The translations under genes and the position numbers were made by a program. A stretch of 64,000 nt of DNA, from NCBI GenBank assembly GCA_951406725.2, contig OX597819.1:59768001-59832000 (forward strand). The letters run 5' to 3'. Position 1 is the stretch's first letter. The number at the start of each line of letters is the position of its first letter. The DNA is from Octopus vulgaris. Taxonomy: Eukaryota. Shown piece by piece: positions 50,037 to 63,423 of the stretch. The notes beneath the pieces are model-generated. The model ran no database searches. It was given only the letters and a program-made list of their open reading frames with translations, and had not been told where the DNA came from.

Positions 50037-53000
50037 GTAGCCTTTCAACATATGGCATAAAACCAACTCCTCTTCTCAAATACTCACATCACCACCACCA
50101 TCACTACTTTGTTGAGGGAGCTTTTTCTTTTCTTTTTCCTTTTCTTGCTCTCTTCCTGTCTTGCAACAAGAAAAGCACTCAGTACACACCTTGTCATGTA
50201 GTTGGCATTAGGAAGGTTATCCAACCATAGAAACCTTTTAAAGCTAACATTGGGGGTCATCGCAGCCCTGTGGTTTGCTGGATCCTGTCACATCATCCAA
50301 TGATGCTAAATGATGATAATGAAGAGTTGCTATTTCACATGATGAAACATGTGTTTTAAAAGTTACATTCTTTCGTAACCAGACCAGCACAGGAAACAGA
50401 TACTGAATAATGATGATGATGGTTTACACCATATTTCTGCATGTCAGTAAGGTCAGTTAAAAGGGTTGCAATCTGGAAGGGCATTCAATAGTAGAGCCAT
50501 TACTTCAAAAAGAAAGAAAAAAAATGTCCTCTTTAACTCAACATGGAAAGATGAACATAGAATCTGTGGATGATGACCACTCTTTCACTCATCCTTTCAT
50601 CATCATTGTCATCATTTAATTCATATAACATGTTTTTACGATTAAACAGATAAAATGAAGAAAATTAAATATGAAATTACATCTTATTGAGGAATACTTA
50701 AATGTAATTAGAATATTAAAAAAAAATTTTTTTAATTTGAATTCTTTTTTTAATATCTATTGGAATAAATTTGTTTCAGAATACATTTAAAAAAAAATAA
50801 TGACTACTGCAAGTTTTTTAAAACTGAAATATAAGAAGTGGAGGGAGAGAGAGAGAGAGAGAGAGCAAAAAGGAAATAGGCAAACTGATGGATTTTTTTT
50901 TAATATGTAAATATATAATAATTTAAAATGTCATATTAGGCTTATTTGCTAAATATTTCTGATGCAAAAATATTTAGCATATGTTAATGATCCTGTCAAC
51001 AGCAATAACCAATAACAAATGAAAGAATTTTAAAATTTATTTCAGTAACAAGCTTTATGTCAATCAAACATCATAACACACACAGCAATTTCTTCTTCAA
51101 AAATATACAGCAGTAGCATGACATATGCATGATAGCATAATATATGCATGGTGTCTGCTTTCAATCTCTTCTAATACTGCTACAATAGCACCCGCTCATC
51201 TGAATATGCTTACTCTATCTATACTACTCCCTCCCTCCCTCCTCCTCTCTCTCTCTCCCTCTTTTTCTGTAAACCCATTGAATGCAGTTAACTCTTATTA
51301 TCCTTGCCATGTTACACCACTCGGACTGCACACTTAGCTATAATTCCAAGAATTGCTTCCATTTATAATTATTCCCTTTTTTTTCCCTTTTCTTTTGGTA
51401 ATCATTTTTTTTGTTTTTTTTTTCAAGAAATCCTTTCCATCTTTTTTTTTTTATTAATAATTTGCATCAATTCAAACTGAACGAACATTAACTGTACTAG
51501 ACTAACCCAACATTCCTCTTCCAGTCTTTCATTCGGAAAGAATCACTGATACTTCTTGTCTTTCACACGTAAACAAATAATAGAACAAAAACACTGAATT
51601 GATGGGTTTTTTTTTTCTTCCTTTGTTGAGCATTTAAAAAAATATTTTGATCATTAGACTATAGTAAATGAAATACTTTTACATAATGTAATTAATATAT
51701 AAGATACAGATATATATATATATATATATATATAGACTGTTGGAAGAAAGAGTATTTAATATGGTAACAAATTAATAATATTTTTATGCTTAATTCAGAC
51801 AGTCTCCTGCTACTCTGAGTTTTTCCTGTAGGTGCACATGATTTTTAGGCAAATTTTGAATTGCTTGAAGACCCTCTGCACTTATAAGTGAGACATAGAG
51901 TAGCAAGAGACCATCTCAACCCAAAATATACTGTATAGACACACACTTGTGTAAATAAAGTGATAGCCTTTCCCTCAAACACATTAAACACATGACAATT
52001 TTCAAGTTGATTATTTTAATAAAGGGTTTTTTATATTCTCTTATTAGTCTTTGAGATATATGAAGTAATTTGTATCTATTTCTAACATTGGCACAAGGCC
52101 ACAAATTTGATAGAAGGATAAATTTAGAAGAAATTATTTAAAAAATATTCTTTAGAAATAGTTTTTTTTTTCTAATTGGCTTATATTCATTTTTCATGTT
52201 GGTACGGAGGAGATGGTAAGTGAAATGGTTTTGTTGGTGCAGTTATTTACATAACTACTGGCTGCCGTTCTTACTGCTAGCCATTCGGCTGTGAAGCTGG
52301 AGCAGCTCTTGTTTTTATCTGTCAGACAAACTAGAACACATTGAGTAAACAGTTAGGATCCAAGGAAACTAGTGGTTATCTGTAAAGGCAGTTAGTGATT
52401 ATAAACAGTTTGAAAATGGAATAAATTAATTTACTGTGAAGAAGAGGAGAAAGTCTAACATTTTGGCCAATGCCATTCATTAAGTGGTGACCTGGCAGAA
52501 TTGTTTGCATGCCAGGCAGAATGCTTAGAGGTGTTTCGTTCTTCCTTATGTTCTAAGTTCAAATTATGCTGAATGGTCAATACAATAAGTACCAGTGAGC
52601 ATTGGGGTCAATGTAATTGACTTAATTACTGCTGGGTATGAGTAAAAAAGAAGCAAAACAAAAACAAACAAAAAAAACTGTTTCCCTCTGCCAATCCATG
52701 TCTAGCCAGTGTGGCAGAGAAGGCTCATCAAAACAGTATGATCTCAAGCTTAAACCCACAACCTCCACATCAGACTATGGTTGGTGGAGGGAACATGCTG
52801 AAGCCTTTGTACTGCGTGAACTGAATATGGGCAATCCAATCCAATCCAATCCAGAGAGTGATCTTTTCCTCCTTCTGCTCAAAATCTTAGATTTTTTTGT
52901 TCTTTTCTTTGAGGCAGATCAATTTATTATATATTTGAACTGTTTATAATGCATGTAGAGTCATGTACCTTGTTCAAGGATGACAGAATCATCATTGTTT

Positions 53001-55124
53001 TAATGTCAACTTTTCCATACTCACATGAGTTGGACAGAATATGTTGGGGCAGATTTTCTACAACTGGATGACTTTCCTGTCATCAACCTTCACCTGTTTC
53101 CAAGCAAGGTAATATTGCTTCATGACAAGACATTTTTTCGTGAACTATGGGAAATAGACATCATTTGCATGGTGGTGACACTTGCTTACAACTATCACAT
53201 AATGTCAAGGCAAAGAGACAGTAACTCACTCACATACACATACATATTGCAAGCTTCTTACAGTTTCTCTCTACCAGAAGGTTTTGTTGATCCAGAGTTA
53301 CAGTGGAAAACACTATAGCTGAACCTGAAACAATGTTGTTGGGAAGCAAACTTGCTGCCACACTTGCTGCAGTATGACTAGAATTTATGAGGATGGCATT
53401 GTGTCCCATTATAGACATTGTGCTTCCAAATAGGAAAGATAAAGATGACATGAAAAAAGATGAAATGATAAGCATTTCATCAAAAATGATGAAATGCATA
53501 TCTATATTTCATTTTTTTATTTTGAAAAAAAAAAAAAAAGAAAAAAGTCAAAATATTTATAAACTAAATTTTTCAAAAAATTAACAATGTACATTTTATA
53601 TCATCTCTCAGTTGTAGAACACAGAAAGATAATCATAATTAAAATACTTTAGTCTTATATTCACCATCAAATCTTCCAAATTCTTCTTATCCCAATGAAA
53701 TCTAGAAACTGTATAATGATTATACAAAGACTGTGCTTCTCTCGTCCTTTGAAAACATACAAATGATCAAGTTTATGGGGTGCATGTGTTATTACAGCTT
53801 AGTTCTATCCTAAAGATGAACTGAATAACTTGCAGTCTTCATTTCAGTAATGTTTTAATTTAGCTATTATTTTTCTTCCTAAAAATTTTCCTATTTAGAT
53901 ATTAGATATTCTAGAATGAACCTGTTACTAGTTCAAATATGCTTGAGAAATATTCACACCCACCCCTATCATGGAGAAAAATTCTCACTGTAAACAAAAA
54001 GGTGTGAATGCACCGTGTCTGACCAGTGCACCCAGATCACTGGATGCATGCATTTCGGAGTAGTTATTTCTATTTCAGCATTGAACATTGAAAAGAGAGA
54101 CACTCTCAACTGACTACAAGTGACCAAGTCAGTCTGTCTGTTTCTCTTTCTCTCTCTCTCTCTCTACTACTACTACTAAATACCAGTGCAACTCTCTCTC
54201 CCTCAGCTATTACATCCTTGATGTTGTGCTGGGTCTAGAGGTGAAAAGTCAAGAGGGTATCTGTCTGCTTGTGACTACATGGACACCTTGAACAATTAAC
54301 AGCAGCAGGATACATGCTATCAAGTCATACTTTCTTATGTGTGATGGCTTTGATTTATGTGTGGATGTATGTTTATATACACACACACACACACTGTATC
54401 AACCTCAACATTCTAAATGCAGGCAGTTTTCAATGATGCACCTACTGGTAAATGTGTTACAACACTCTCCATCTCTGACATGTACATGTTTTTTTTTATC
54501 GCTTAGTCAGGAGAGAATGACAATACCCATAACCCTATATAGAAGCTGTGAGACTGGTGAGTGAGAGAGAGAGAGAGAGAGAGAGGGGGAAGATATTCCC
54601 AACCCAAAGTCTTAGTTTGAATGCTTACAAGAGAGTGGTCTCTGCTAAAAGCACCCAAGGACCAGATTGGAATGTTAAACGAGGTGACAGAATAAGTCTA
54701 CCACCCAAGTAAACGATGATGAGGTTTGAACTCAGAACATAAAGACTCGAAATGAATGCCATAAGGCATCCTCTCTGACACTCAAACATTTCCATCATTC
54801 CTCCATCCTAGGCCAATACTTCTATTTATCAACTCTGGAATGATAAAAAGCAAAGTTGACCTTGATTGGATTTGAACTCAGAACATGAGATGTCAGAATA
54901 AATAGCTCAAGACATTTTGTCCAGTGCTCTGTTTACTCAACAAATTCAACGTCCTAAGTGTGTGTGGATGTTAAACACTTCTAACCTCAATAGTCTCATA
55001 GCTTTATAATGAGATTGTTATCACCATAAAACATGTGGCTTTCCTGTTGGTGTGGGTTAGCTGGTTTGACAGGATCTGATGAGTCAGAGGGTTGCTGCTA
55101 TTTATTCTCCTCCTGGTACTGAAT

Positions 55125-55342
55125 ATTCTTTTCTACTCTAGACACAAGGCCGGAAATTTTTTGGGAGGGAGCCAGTCGATTAGATTGACCCTAGTACGCA
55201 ACTGGTACTTAATTTATCGACCCAGGAAGGATGAAAGGCATAGCTGACCTTGGTGGAATTTAAACTCAGAACGTAAAGACAGACGAAATACCGCTAAGCA
55301 TTTCGCCCAGCATGTTAACGTTTCTGCCAGCTTGCTGCCTTA
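55125..55342 (-). mobile_element. SINE family B
   Basis: Reverse-complement match to family B. Confidence 0.86.
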
Positions 55343-55461
55343 CAAGAACTGAATGTTATTCATTCTTCTTATCCTTATTACAGGTTGATTTAATTTAATT
55401 TAATAGTATCCTCTTGCTTTATTCCTTTCCTGTCAGTTCAAAAGTTTCTTAAGTCAGTCCA

Positions 55462-55800
55462 AGCATGAATGTATGGCTAAGGAGCTTGCTTTGTGAACAT
55501 GTGGTTTCAGGTTCAATCTCACTGCATGGCACTTTGGGCTAGTGTCTTCTGCTATAGCTCTAAGCCAACCTATCCCTTGTGAGTGAATTTGACAAATGGA
55601 GACTGTGTGGAATCCCATCATATGCATGTGTGTGTGGGTTGGTTGTTTATGATCCCATAAATTAACGGTTCAGCAAAGAAGATCAATAAAATACCAAACT
55701 TAAAAATATATACTAGGGTCAATTTGTTCAACTAAACCATTCAAGGCTGTGCCCCAGCATGGCCTCAGTCAAAAGACTGAAACAAGTAAAAGATAAAAGA
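55462..55800 (+). mobile_element. SINE family A, diverged
   Basis: tRNA-like head, CTTGTGAGTGAATTTG block, GACTGAAACAAGTAAAAGA tail. Confidence 0.78.
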
Positions 55801-56877
55801 TTGTTTCAGTTAACAATTAGCTTCCAGTCATTAATATTTACATATTCTGTTCTCTCTGTTTCTGAGTTCACTTTTATACCTTTATACCTTTAATTCTTAT
55901 CTGATTATTTAATTATATCTTTTTTTTTAATACGACTCTAACCCAAAATTTAATGAAGCTATTTTACATTTATTTTCAACTAAAATAGTCTATTGTCATG
56001 TGAGTTTACCTTTTTATAGAATCTAGTATTTTATTTTCATCTTTCATACCTTGTTATTACCTTTTAATCCTAAACAGACTTCTACCCCATCGAACCTGCC
56101 CCCTTACAGACTACTCTGAAGTCTGAAATATGAACAAATGAGGGAGGGCCAGGAAGATTTAAAGTGTCAATTACACCAGATAAATTCATCAAAAGCTTCT
56201 TAGTGGTAAAAATTGTTTTGGTGGATGTTGACAATTATGTGCTTAATGTGAAATATGAACTTGTCAGAAACAAAACAAAACAAAACAAAACAAACTGAAA
56301 AGGTAAAGCTTGAATTAGATAAAACTATTGGTGATGATGATGATCTGCATCAGGTAACAATTAGTTCATTGCATTCGGTCCTTGCTCCTTATTTTGGCCT
56401 GTAGGCAGTGGGGAAGGTGGAGAGTGGAAGGTTTCACAAGTGTGAGGTGCAAGGTGAACTGAGGTGGCAGAAGCTAAGAATTGGAGCTGGGGAGGTAGAA
56501 AGAGTTAATCCCCCCAAAAGGAAAAGGTGAGGAGTTCAAATAAGAAAGCAGCAGCAGTAGCGTTGGTGATAGCAGCAGTGGTTGTTAGATGGGCAAAGAG
56601 AGCAACTCTACTTAGAAGAGCTGTTTAAATGTGAAGCCTTCCTCCATTAAATATTCTTAATTTAGAATGAAACATTTAGGAGGTGGTGGTGGTGGTAGCA
56701 GTAGTAGTTGTAAAAGTGATTGAATAGACTTTACTGCCTTCTCAGAAATGAACATCTGAATATTTTAGTGTGTTTAGTACAGAGATATTAAAATGAGAAT
56801 TATTGATAATAGTAAGAGGGTGAGCTGGAAACACAAACTGTTGTACTTTCAGGCTGCTGCTGCTGATGATGATGATG

Positions 56878-57175
56878 ATCGTGATCGTTTAATGTCCGTT
56901 TTCCGTGCTAGCATGGGTTGGACGGTTCGACTGGGGTCTGGGAAGCCAGGAGGCTGCACCAGGCTCCAGTCTGATCCGGCAGTGTTTCTACAGCTGGATG
57001 CCCTTCCTAACACCAACCACTCCGTGAGTGTAGTGGATGCCTTTTAGGTGCCAGGGGAGGCTGGCAGCAGCCACGATCGGTTGTTGCTTTTTACGTGCCA
57101 CCGGCACAGAAGCCAGTCAAGGCAGCGCTGGCATCGGCCACATTTGGATGGTGCTTTTCACGTGCCACTGGCACA
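56878..57175 (-). mobile_element. Short RTE 3'-UTR-derived copy
   Basis: Same family, reverse orientation. Confidence 0.84.
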
Positions 57176-58715
57176 AGTATCACATCAGGTATGGTTGTAT
57201 GGTTGAGAAGTTTACTTTCCAATCATGTGATCTCAGATTCAGTCCCACTGCAAGACATCTTGGGCAAGTATCTTCTACTATAGCCCTAGACTAATCAATG
57301 CCTTGTAATTGAAACTGATAGGCGGAAACTGAAAGAATCTTGTATGTACTTGCATGTGTGTGCTTATATTTTCAGTCTTTGATAAGTTGCTATGAGCGTT
57401 GTTGTTGTTACTTTTGTCAGCTTGTCCAACCACTTTGCACCTTTGTGCAAACTGGTAAAGAAGGGCATTTGATTGCAAAACAATGCCTCAGTAATTGTCC
57501 AGTCCATGCAAACATGGAAAAGTGAATGTACAAACATATGTATATTTTTGTAAGGATATATATATATATATATATAAGCACCCAGTACACTTTATAAAGT
57601 GCTTGGTGTTTGGAAAGGCATGGAAACTATGACAAAGTGGACATTGGAGTTTGGTGCAGTCCTTTGGGTTGTCAGCTCCTTCTTGTCGAACTATCCAAAC
57701 CATACCAGCATGGAAAATGGACATTAGATGATGATGGTTTACATATATGTGTCCACGTCTGTGTGTGTCTGTCCATCTGTCTGTTTGTCTGTCTGTGTGT
57801 CTCTGTCTATCCATGCAAAGAATTGTATGGTAGTTGTGTGTTTCAAAGATGGGTAAAGAAATAATGTCCAAACTAGATAAGCATGTAGGGGTTCTTCTCT
57901 GCCACTTCATGATTATAAAGTATGACATTTAAAAAGAAAAAAAAAAACCCACTCAGGTGCCATCTGCATGAAAAAGTAATAGTTAAGTTAGTATCAATAT
58001 ATTGAATGCAATGAGTACAAGAAATCTATTTAGGAATGTTTATATAGCAAAGAAAATACATTAGCTTAATGACTAACATTATTTTAATCATTTCGGCAAA
58101 TATGGGCATAACTCTGGAAGTCTATATTTTGCTATTGATGTCTTATTAAACCTCCTTAGTGGTACATTCTCAGACTATCAATAATATCACAAAACTAAAG
58201 TAGACATAACTAAAATCAAATTTTCAGAATGTCATCATCTGGACTTCATTTATATTCATCTACCTCCATTTTACCCAACCATTTCCAAATAATTACACAT
58301 CTTAAAACAATGACAAGTAAATAAAATACAAAACAAAAGTTTTTTTATTCATATATTGTTTTAATGTTCTATAAATGTTCTATTCACACACACACATCTC
58401 CTATCAATGAAATATAAATATCTATGACCTCAGTGACCTCATTGTGGCCATATTGTTGTAGACTGGAGACATAAAGCTCGAATAATAAAAACCTGGGTAC
58501 TATAATTTAGATCTTTTAAATAAATGCTTCACTTAACTGAATGTGATACTCTTTCTCACCATAAAATCTTTAAAGAATGTTATGAATGAAGTACTGAAAC
58601 AGAGAATGAGTAACCTTCTGAAAGACATATAATGTTTGAGGGTAAAATCATTATATTTGAATATATTTTTGTTGCTTTAATTTTATTTAATGCCTTGCTT
58701 TTCAACCAACTCTTT

Positions 58716-59115
58716 TGATCTTTTACTTGTTTCAGTCAAGTGACTGTGGCCATGCTGGAGCACTGCCTTTAGTTGAGCAAATCGACCCCAGGACTTATTC
58801 TTTGTAAGCTTAGTACTTATTCTATCGGTCTCTTTTGCCGAACCACTAAGTTACAGGGACGTAAATACACCAGCATCAGTTGTCAAGTGATGTTGGGGGT
58901 ACAAACACAGACACACAAACACACACACATATACATACATATTCATATATACGACGGGCTTCTTTCAGTTTCCATCTACCAAATCCACTCACAAGGCTTT
59001 GGTTGGCCTGAGGCTATAGTAGAAGACACTTGCCCAAGGTGCCATGCAGTGGAACTGAACCTGGAACTATGTAGTTAGTAAGCAAGCTACTTACCACACA
59101 GCCACTCCTGTGCCT
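58716..59115 (-). mobile_element. SINE family A, full length
   Basis: Reverse-complement match to 61476-61862. Confidence 0.88.
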
Positions 59116-60648
59116 ATGAATTTTAGAAACACCTGTTTATATATATATGTTTTACTAGTTTAAAGTAATTGTGTTTAAAACATAGAAACCCAAAGAAATT
59201 TTTGAAGAAAAAATTTTTTTAAAATTTCTATGGTGAGGGTGTTTATCCCTAAATTCCACCCCTTTTATTCCATCCACAGAAAGTTGATGTATAGATGTAA
59301 TTGAACACTCATCTTTTTTATGACAATATTATTTGTTTCCCATTTTGTTTTAATGTTCTATTAAATATTATGTTCCTTTTATTAGATTTAGTCAAGTGAC
59401 TGTGGTCTTGAAGCATCATTACCATGGGATTTCATTGGTTATATTGGTTCCAGTACTTGTTTTGTGGGCCTTGGAAGATAGAATGGTGAAGTCAAGCTGG
59501 GAGTAAAGTGATGTAACAAATTCAGAACAAATACCACAAGATGTCTTTGTCTGATGCATTCATTTTGTCATCCCATGCTGATGCGTATGCATGGTGGGGG
59601 ACCATGCTAAGTGGGAAGACACAGTGAAACCTAGGCAACTCTTGGTAAAAAATGAATTAAACTCACAAAAACAATAATGATAATGCTACGTACTGGTGCC
59701 ATGTAAAAAGAACCCATGCAGGCGCCATCTTAGGAACACTCATGCCAGTTCCATGTAAAATAACACCCATACCAGTACCTCTTAAAGAAGCACCTATGTT
59801 GATGCCACATAGATGTGCACCTGTGCTGATGTCGCTTGAAAAAGCACCCATGCCAGCACCACATAAATAATACCCAGTACTCTCTGTAAAGTGGTTGTCG
59901 TTAGAATGGGCATCCAGCCATAGAAACCAGTGCAACCATCTGGCTTGCTACTCCTGTCAAACCATCCAAACCATACCAACATGGAAAATGCATGTTAAAT
60001 GATGATGTTACATGCTGTTTCCACTCACAAAATCTGACACTGATTCGGGCCATCCCAAGGCAGCACACAGTAGGCTTGGTGTCTAAAACACATGGTTGTC
60101 AAGTAATATTTCTTAACTACACGGCTGTGTCTGTTTCATGATAATCTGTCATTGCAGCCAGTTAATTGGAATTCAACTATTTTTGATTTAGTGAATCATC
60201 TAAGTTTCAGAAATCTACACAATCACTCTCCGTGTGATTTAGAAGAAATCTACTCCAAACCTAGAATCAGGCACAACATTCTAACTGTAGGAATAATCAT
60301 GTGTATATAAAACATTTCCTCTTTTTTTTTACTGTTTTGATTGTTCCTGTTTATATACTACCATTTCTGTTTGGCAGTAATTCAAGTTTATTTAATTGGG
60401 TAAGCATTATTATCAGGTGTGTGTGTCACATGCAACAAACGAGATGTTGTGCTGGAACAACATGTCAACTATTGCTAATATAGTAAAAGGGATGTAAAAT
60501 AATATTATATATCATTACATAGATTATAATGTTTGTTTATTCTGTGTATGTATTTCTGCTTTGTAATCTGAAACAAATATCGATGTTAGTTAAGTGCTGT
60601 GATCTGTATAAATGGTTTGTGATGTGTAAACTCATCATTTATTATATA

Positions 60649-60680
60649 CTAGTCTTGAAACCACTCTTTGGGCAGTATTC
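60649..60680 (-). mobile_element. Possible Helitron 3' terminus
   Basis: Minus strand has an imperfect hairpin ACTGCCCAAAGAGTGGT, then 7 nt, then CTAG followed by T. Confidence 0.3.
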
Positions 60681-61475
60681 AGGCTAGCTCATATGGAGGG
60701 CACCTTTGAGGCCTTTGACCCCACTATTGGGCCACTTTGCAGCCCTCTACACTTGTGTAATGAAACTTATTTCTGCAAATGTGCGAAGCTCTGATGCTGA
60801 TCATAGTTTAATCAATAAGTGTAGGAGTGAGATAAATACAGTAAAAATAGTAGGGGTCAGTGGGATTCCATTTAAGCAGCACTTCATAAATTGAACCTCC
60901 TTACGATACTGCTTGGAAGGTCATGGTATTAAATTCATTGTCATTGCTCCAATTTGATCGCCAATGCCATGTATTTAGTTTAAAATGCAGTAAAAATAGG
61001 TGTGTCAGTGGGGCCCCAATTAGGTGGTCCATAAAAAAAATAGATCCCTTTAGAACATTCCCTGGGATAAGCGGAGCTGCTAGTTTGAGTTTCAATGTCC
61101 TTTCACCAACAGTTTCGGAATAGTTAACGAACATAAAACATAACGGACAGAGAAACATCACTCAAAGTTCTTATGCCAGAAGGAGATGAATTTTTGCTGT
61201 TTCAGATGAGGTCTTCCAGGGAGCATAACTACGCTGGGTAAATAGACAGGTTATAGAAGATGTACAAGGAGAGTAGCAGTGCTAATGCAATCAACAGTTA
61301 TATTTTGTTATATCATGTTTGAACCAGTTAGAAGTTCAGTCTCACCAGCTGTTTATTTCTATGTATCTGTCATTGTTAATTAAATGAACGAAAATGGCCT
61401 AAGCTGGTTTATATATGTATGTATGTATGTGTGTGTGTGTGTGTGTATGTATGTATATATATATATATATATATA

Positions 61476-61861
61476 GGCGCAGGAGTGGCTGTGTGCTAAG
61501 TAGCTTGTTAACCAACCACATGGTTCCGGGTTCAGTCCCACTGCGTGGCATCTTGGGCAAGTATCTTCTGCTATAGCCCCGGGCCGACCAATGCCTTGTG
61601 AGTGGATTTGGTAGACGGAAACTGAAAGAAGCCTGTCGTATATATGTATGTATATGTATGTGTGTGTGTGTGTGTTTGTCCCCCTAGCATTGCTTGACAA
61701 CCGATGCTGGTGTGTTTACGTCCCTGTCACTTAGCGGTTCGGCAAAATAGGCCGATAGAATAAGTACTGGGCTTACAAAGAATAAGTCCCGGGGTAGATT
61801 TGCTTGACTAAAGGCGGTGCTCCAGCATGGGCGCAATCAAATGACTGAAACAAGTAAAAGA

Positions 61862-61862
<1 letters not shown>
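61476..61862 (+). mobile_element. tRNA-derived SINE family A, full length
   Basis: TGGCTGTGTGCTAAG A box, GGTTCAGTCCC B box, internal (TG)n, 3' end TGACTGAAACAAGTAAAAGA. Many homologous copies in the window. Confidence 0.9.
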
Positions 61863-61909
<47 letters not shown>

Positions 61910-62413
61910 TTGTGTATATATATATATGTGTGTGTGTGTTTGTGTATATATATATATATGTGTGGGTGTGTGTGTGTTTGTGTATATATATGTGTGTGTG
62001 TTTGTGTATATATATGTGTGTGTGTGTTTGTGTATGTATATATATATATATATGTGTGTGTGTATGTATGTATATATATGTATGTATATGTATATATATA
62101 TAGTGTGTGTGTGTGTATGTATGTATGTATATATATATATATAGTGTGTGTGTGTATATGTATGTATGTATATGTATGTATATATATATATGTATGTATG
62201 TATATATGTATGTATGTATATATATATACACTCTCTGTGTATCTTTCTGTTGAAGAGCGTAGGCTCGAAACGTTAAAGACTTGTTTTATTTATATTTCCT
62301 GAGCGCCATACTAATACAATTGTTCGTTTGTTTTCCACCTGCCTTCGTCTTTTGTTTATTTTCATAAAGCTTCCCGTTATATATATATGTATGTATGTAT
62401 ATATGTATGTATG

Positions 62414-62444
<31 letters not shown>

Positions 62445-62472
62445 ATATATATATATATGTATGTATGTATAC
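61863..62472. repeat. Compound (TA)n/(TG)n/(TATG)n microsatellite field with one embedded insert (62229-62378)
   Basis: Directly visible. Confidence 0.95.
62242..62279 (+). ncRNA. Minimal hammerhead-like motif (CUGUUGA core variant)
   Basis: TCTTT-CTGTTGA-a-GAGC gtag GCTC-GAAA-C-GTT-AAAGA: perfect stems I and II, AACGTT palindrome, non-canonical position 6. Confidence 0.62.
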
Positions 62473-62723
62473 TCTACGTTTATATATATATGTCATAATT
62501 CAAAACTAACGCAGCCAAAATTTTGAAAAGTTCCCCAGTTCTGAAAAATCGATAAATTCGACATGGGGTCGAGAATCAAAAACAAACCACAGACTGTCTG
62601 GGGACGCAACTCCATCCTTTTAATTCTCAAAAAATTTACCATATTTTTTCCATTTTTGCTATAACTCTAAAAATGCTTTATAGTTATAAAACCTATATAC
62701 TGCTATATATATATATATATAAC

Positions 62724-62901
62724 AATTGCAGCGTGGAAGGTGTTTATGAGCCATTTAAGAAACACACAAAACCGTTAGATTCACTTCAACATTTAAATTT
62801 AATTTGAAAATATTTTGAAAAATTAAATTTAAATGTTGAAGTGAATCTAACGGTTTTGTGTGTTTCTTAAATGGCTTATAAACACCTTCCACGCTGCAAT
62901 T
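62724..62901. repeat. Long inverted repeat (82-bp arms, 14-nt spacer GAAAATATTTTGAA) inside (TA)n
   Basis: 62724-62805 is the reverse complement of 62820-62901 with 1 mismatch. Confidence 0.96.
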
Positions 62902-63338
62902 ATTTTCGTTCCAGCACATGATCTCAGATCAAGTCACTTGCTATGCAAGTACATCTTCGTAATATATATATAATACATGATCAAAACATCAGCTTATGAT
63001 GAGCAGTCCATATTGGAACTTCAAAGAAAGAATTTCTAATGACAAATAGAGATATGTGTCATGGGAAAGACACTCCAAATGAGTGATCTAACCAGTTAGA
63101 TTACTAACACACCAAGCCCATCTCTTTCTCTCAAACATTGACCTAATAAAGCTATGCACTACATATATCTGAAATATAATTTCTGTGGAATCTTTTTCCA
63201 GTAATGTTGCTGTAATTTAGTATTTGCATCTCTTTCTCATACTTAGGATCTTCATTTGCATAGCAGCACTATCCTGATTTTTTTTTTTTTTTGTAAAATT
63301 TTCTCTATTTTAACCAATACTGTCATTCCTTTCATAAA

Positions 63339-63339
<1 letters not shown>

Positions 63340-63411
<72 letters not shown>

Positions 63412-63423
63412 GTTGTTGTTGTT
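63340..63423. repeat. (ATT)n(GTT)n microsatellite
   Basis: Directly visible. Confidence 0.95.

Noticed and set aside
49389-50060. 223-aa ORF
   Set aside because: Translation of the 11-bp minisatellite.
50339-50406. Box C/D snoRNA-like ATGATGA...CTGA
   Set aside because: No terminal stem, TGATGA is abundant from (GAT)n tails, and the paralogous segment at 48702 lacks the C box.
61773-62302. YI/HT/CV-rich ORFs
   Set aside because: Translations of TA/TG microsatellites.
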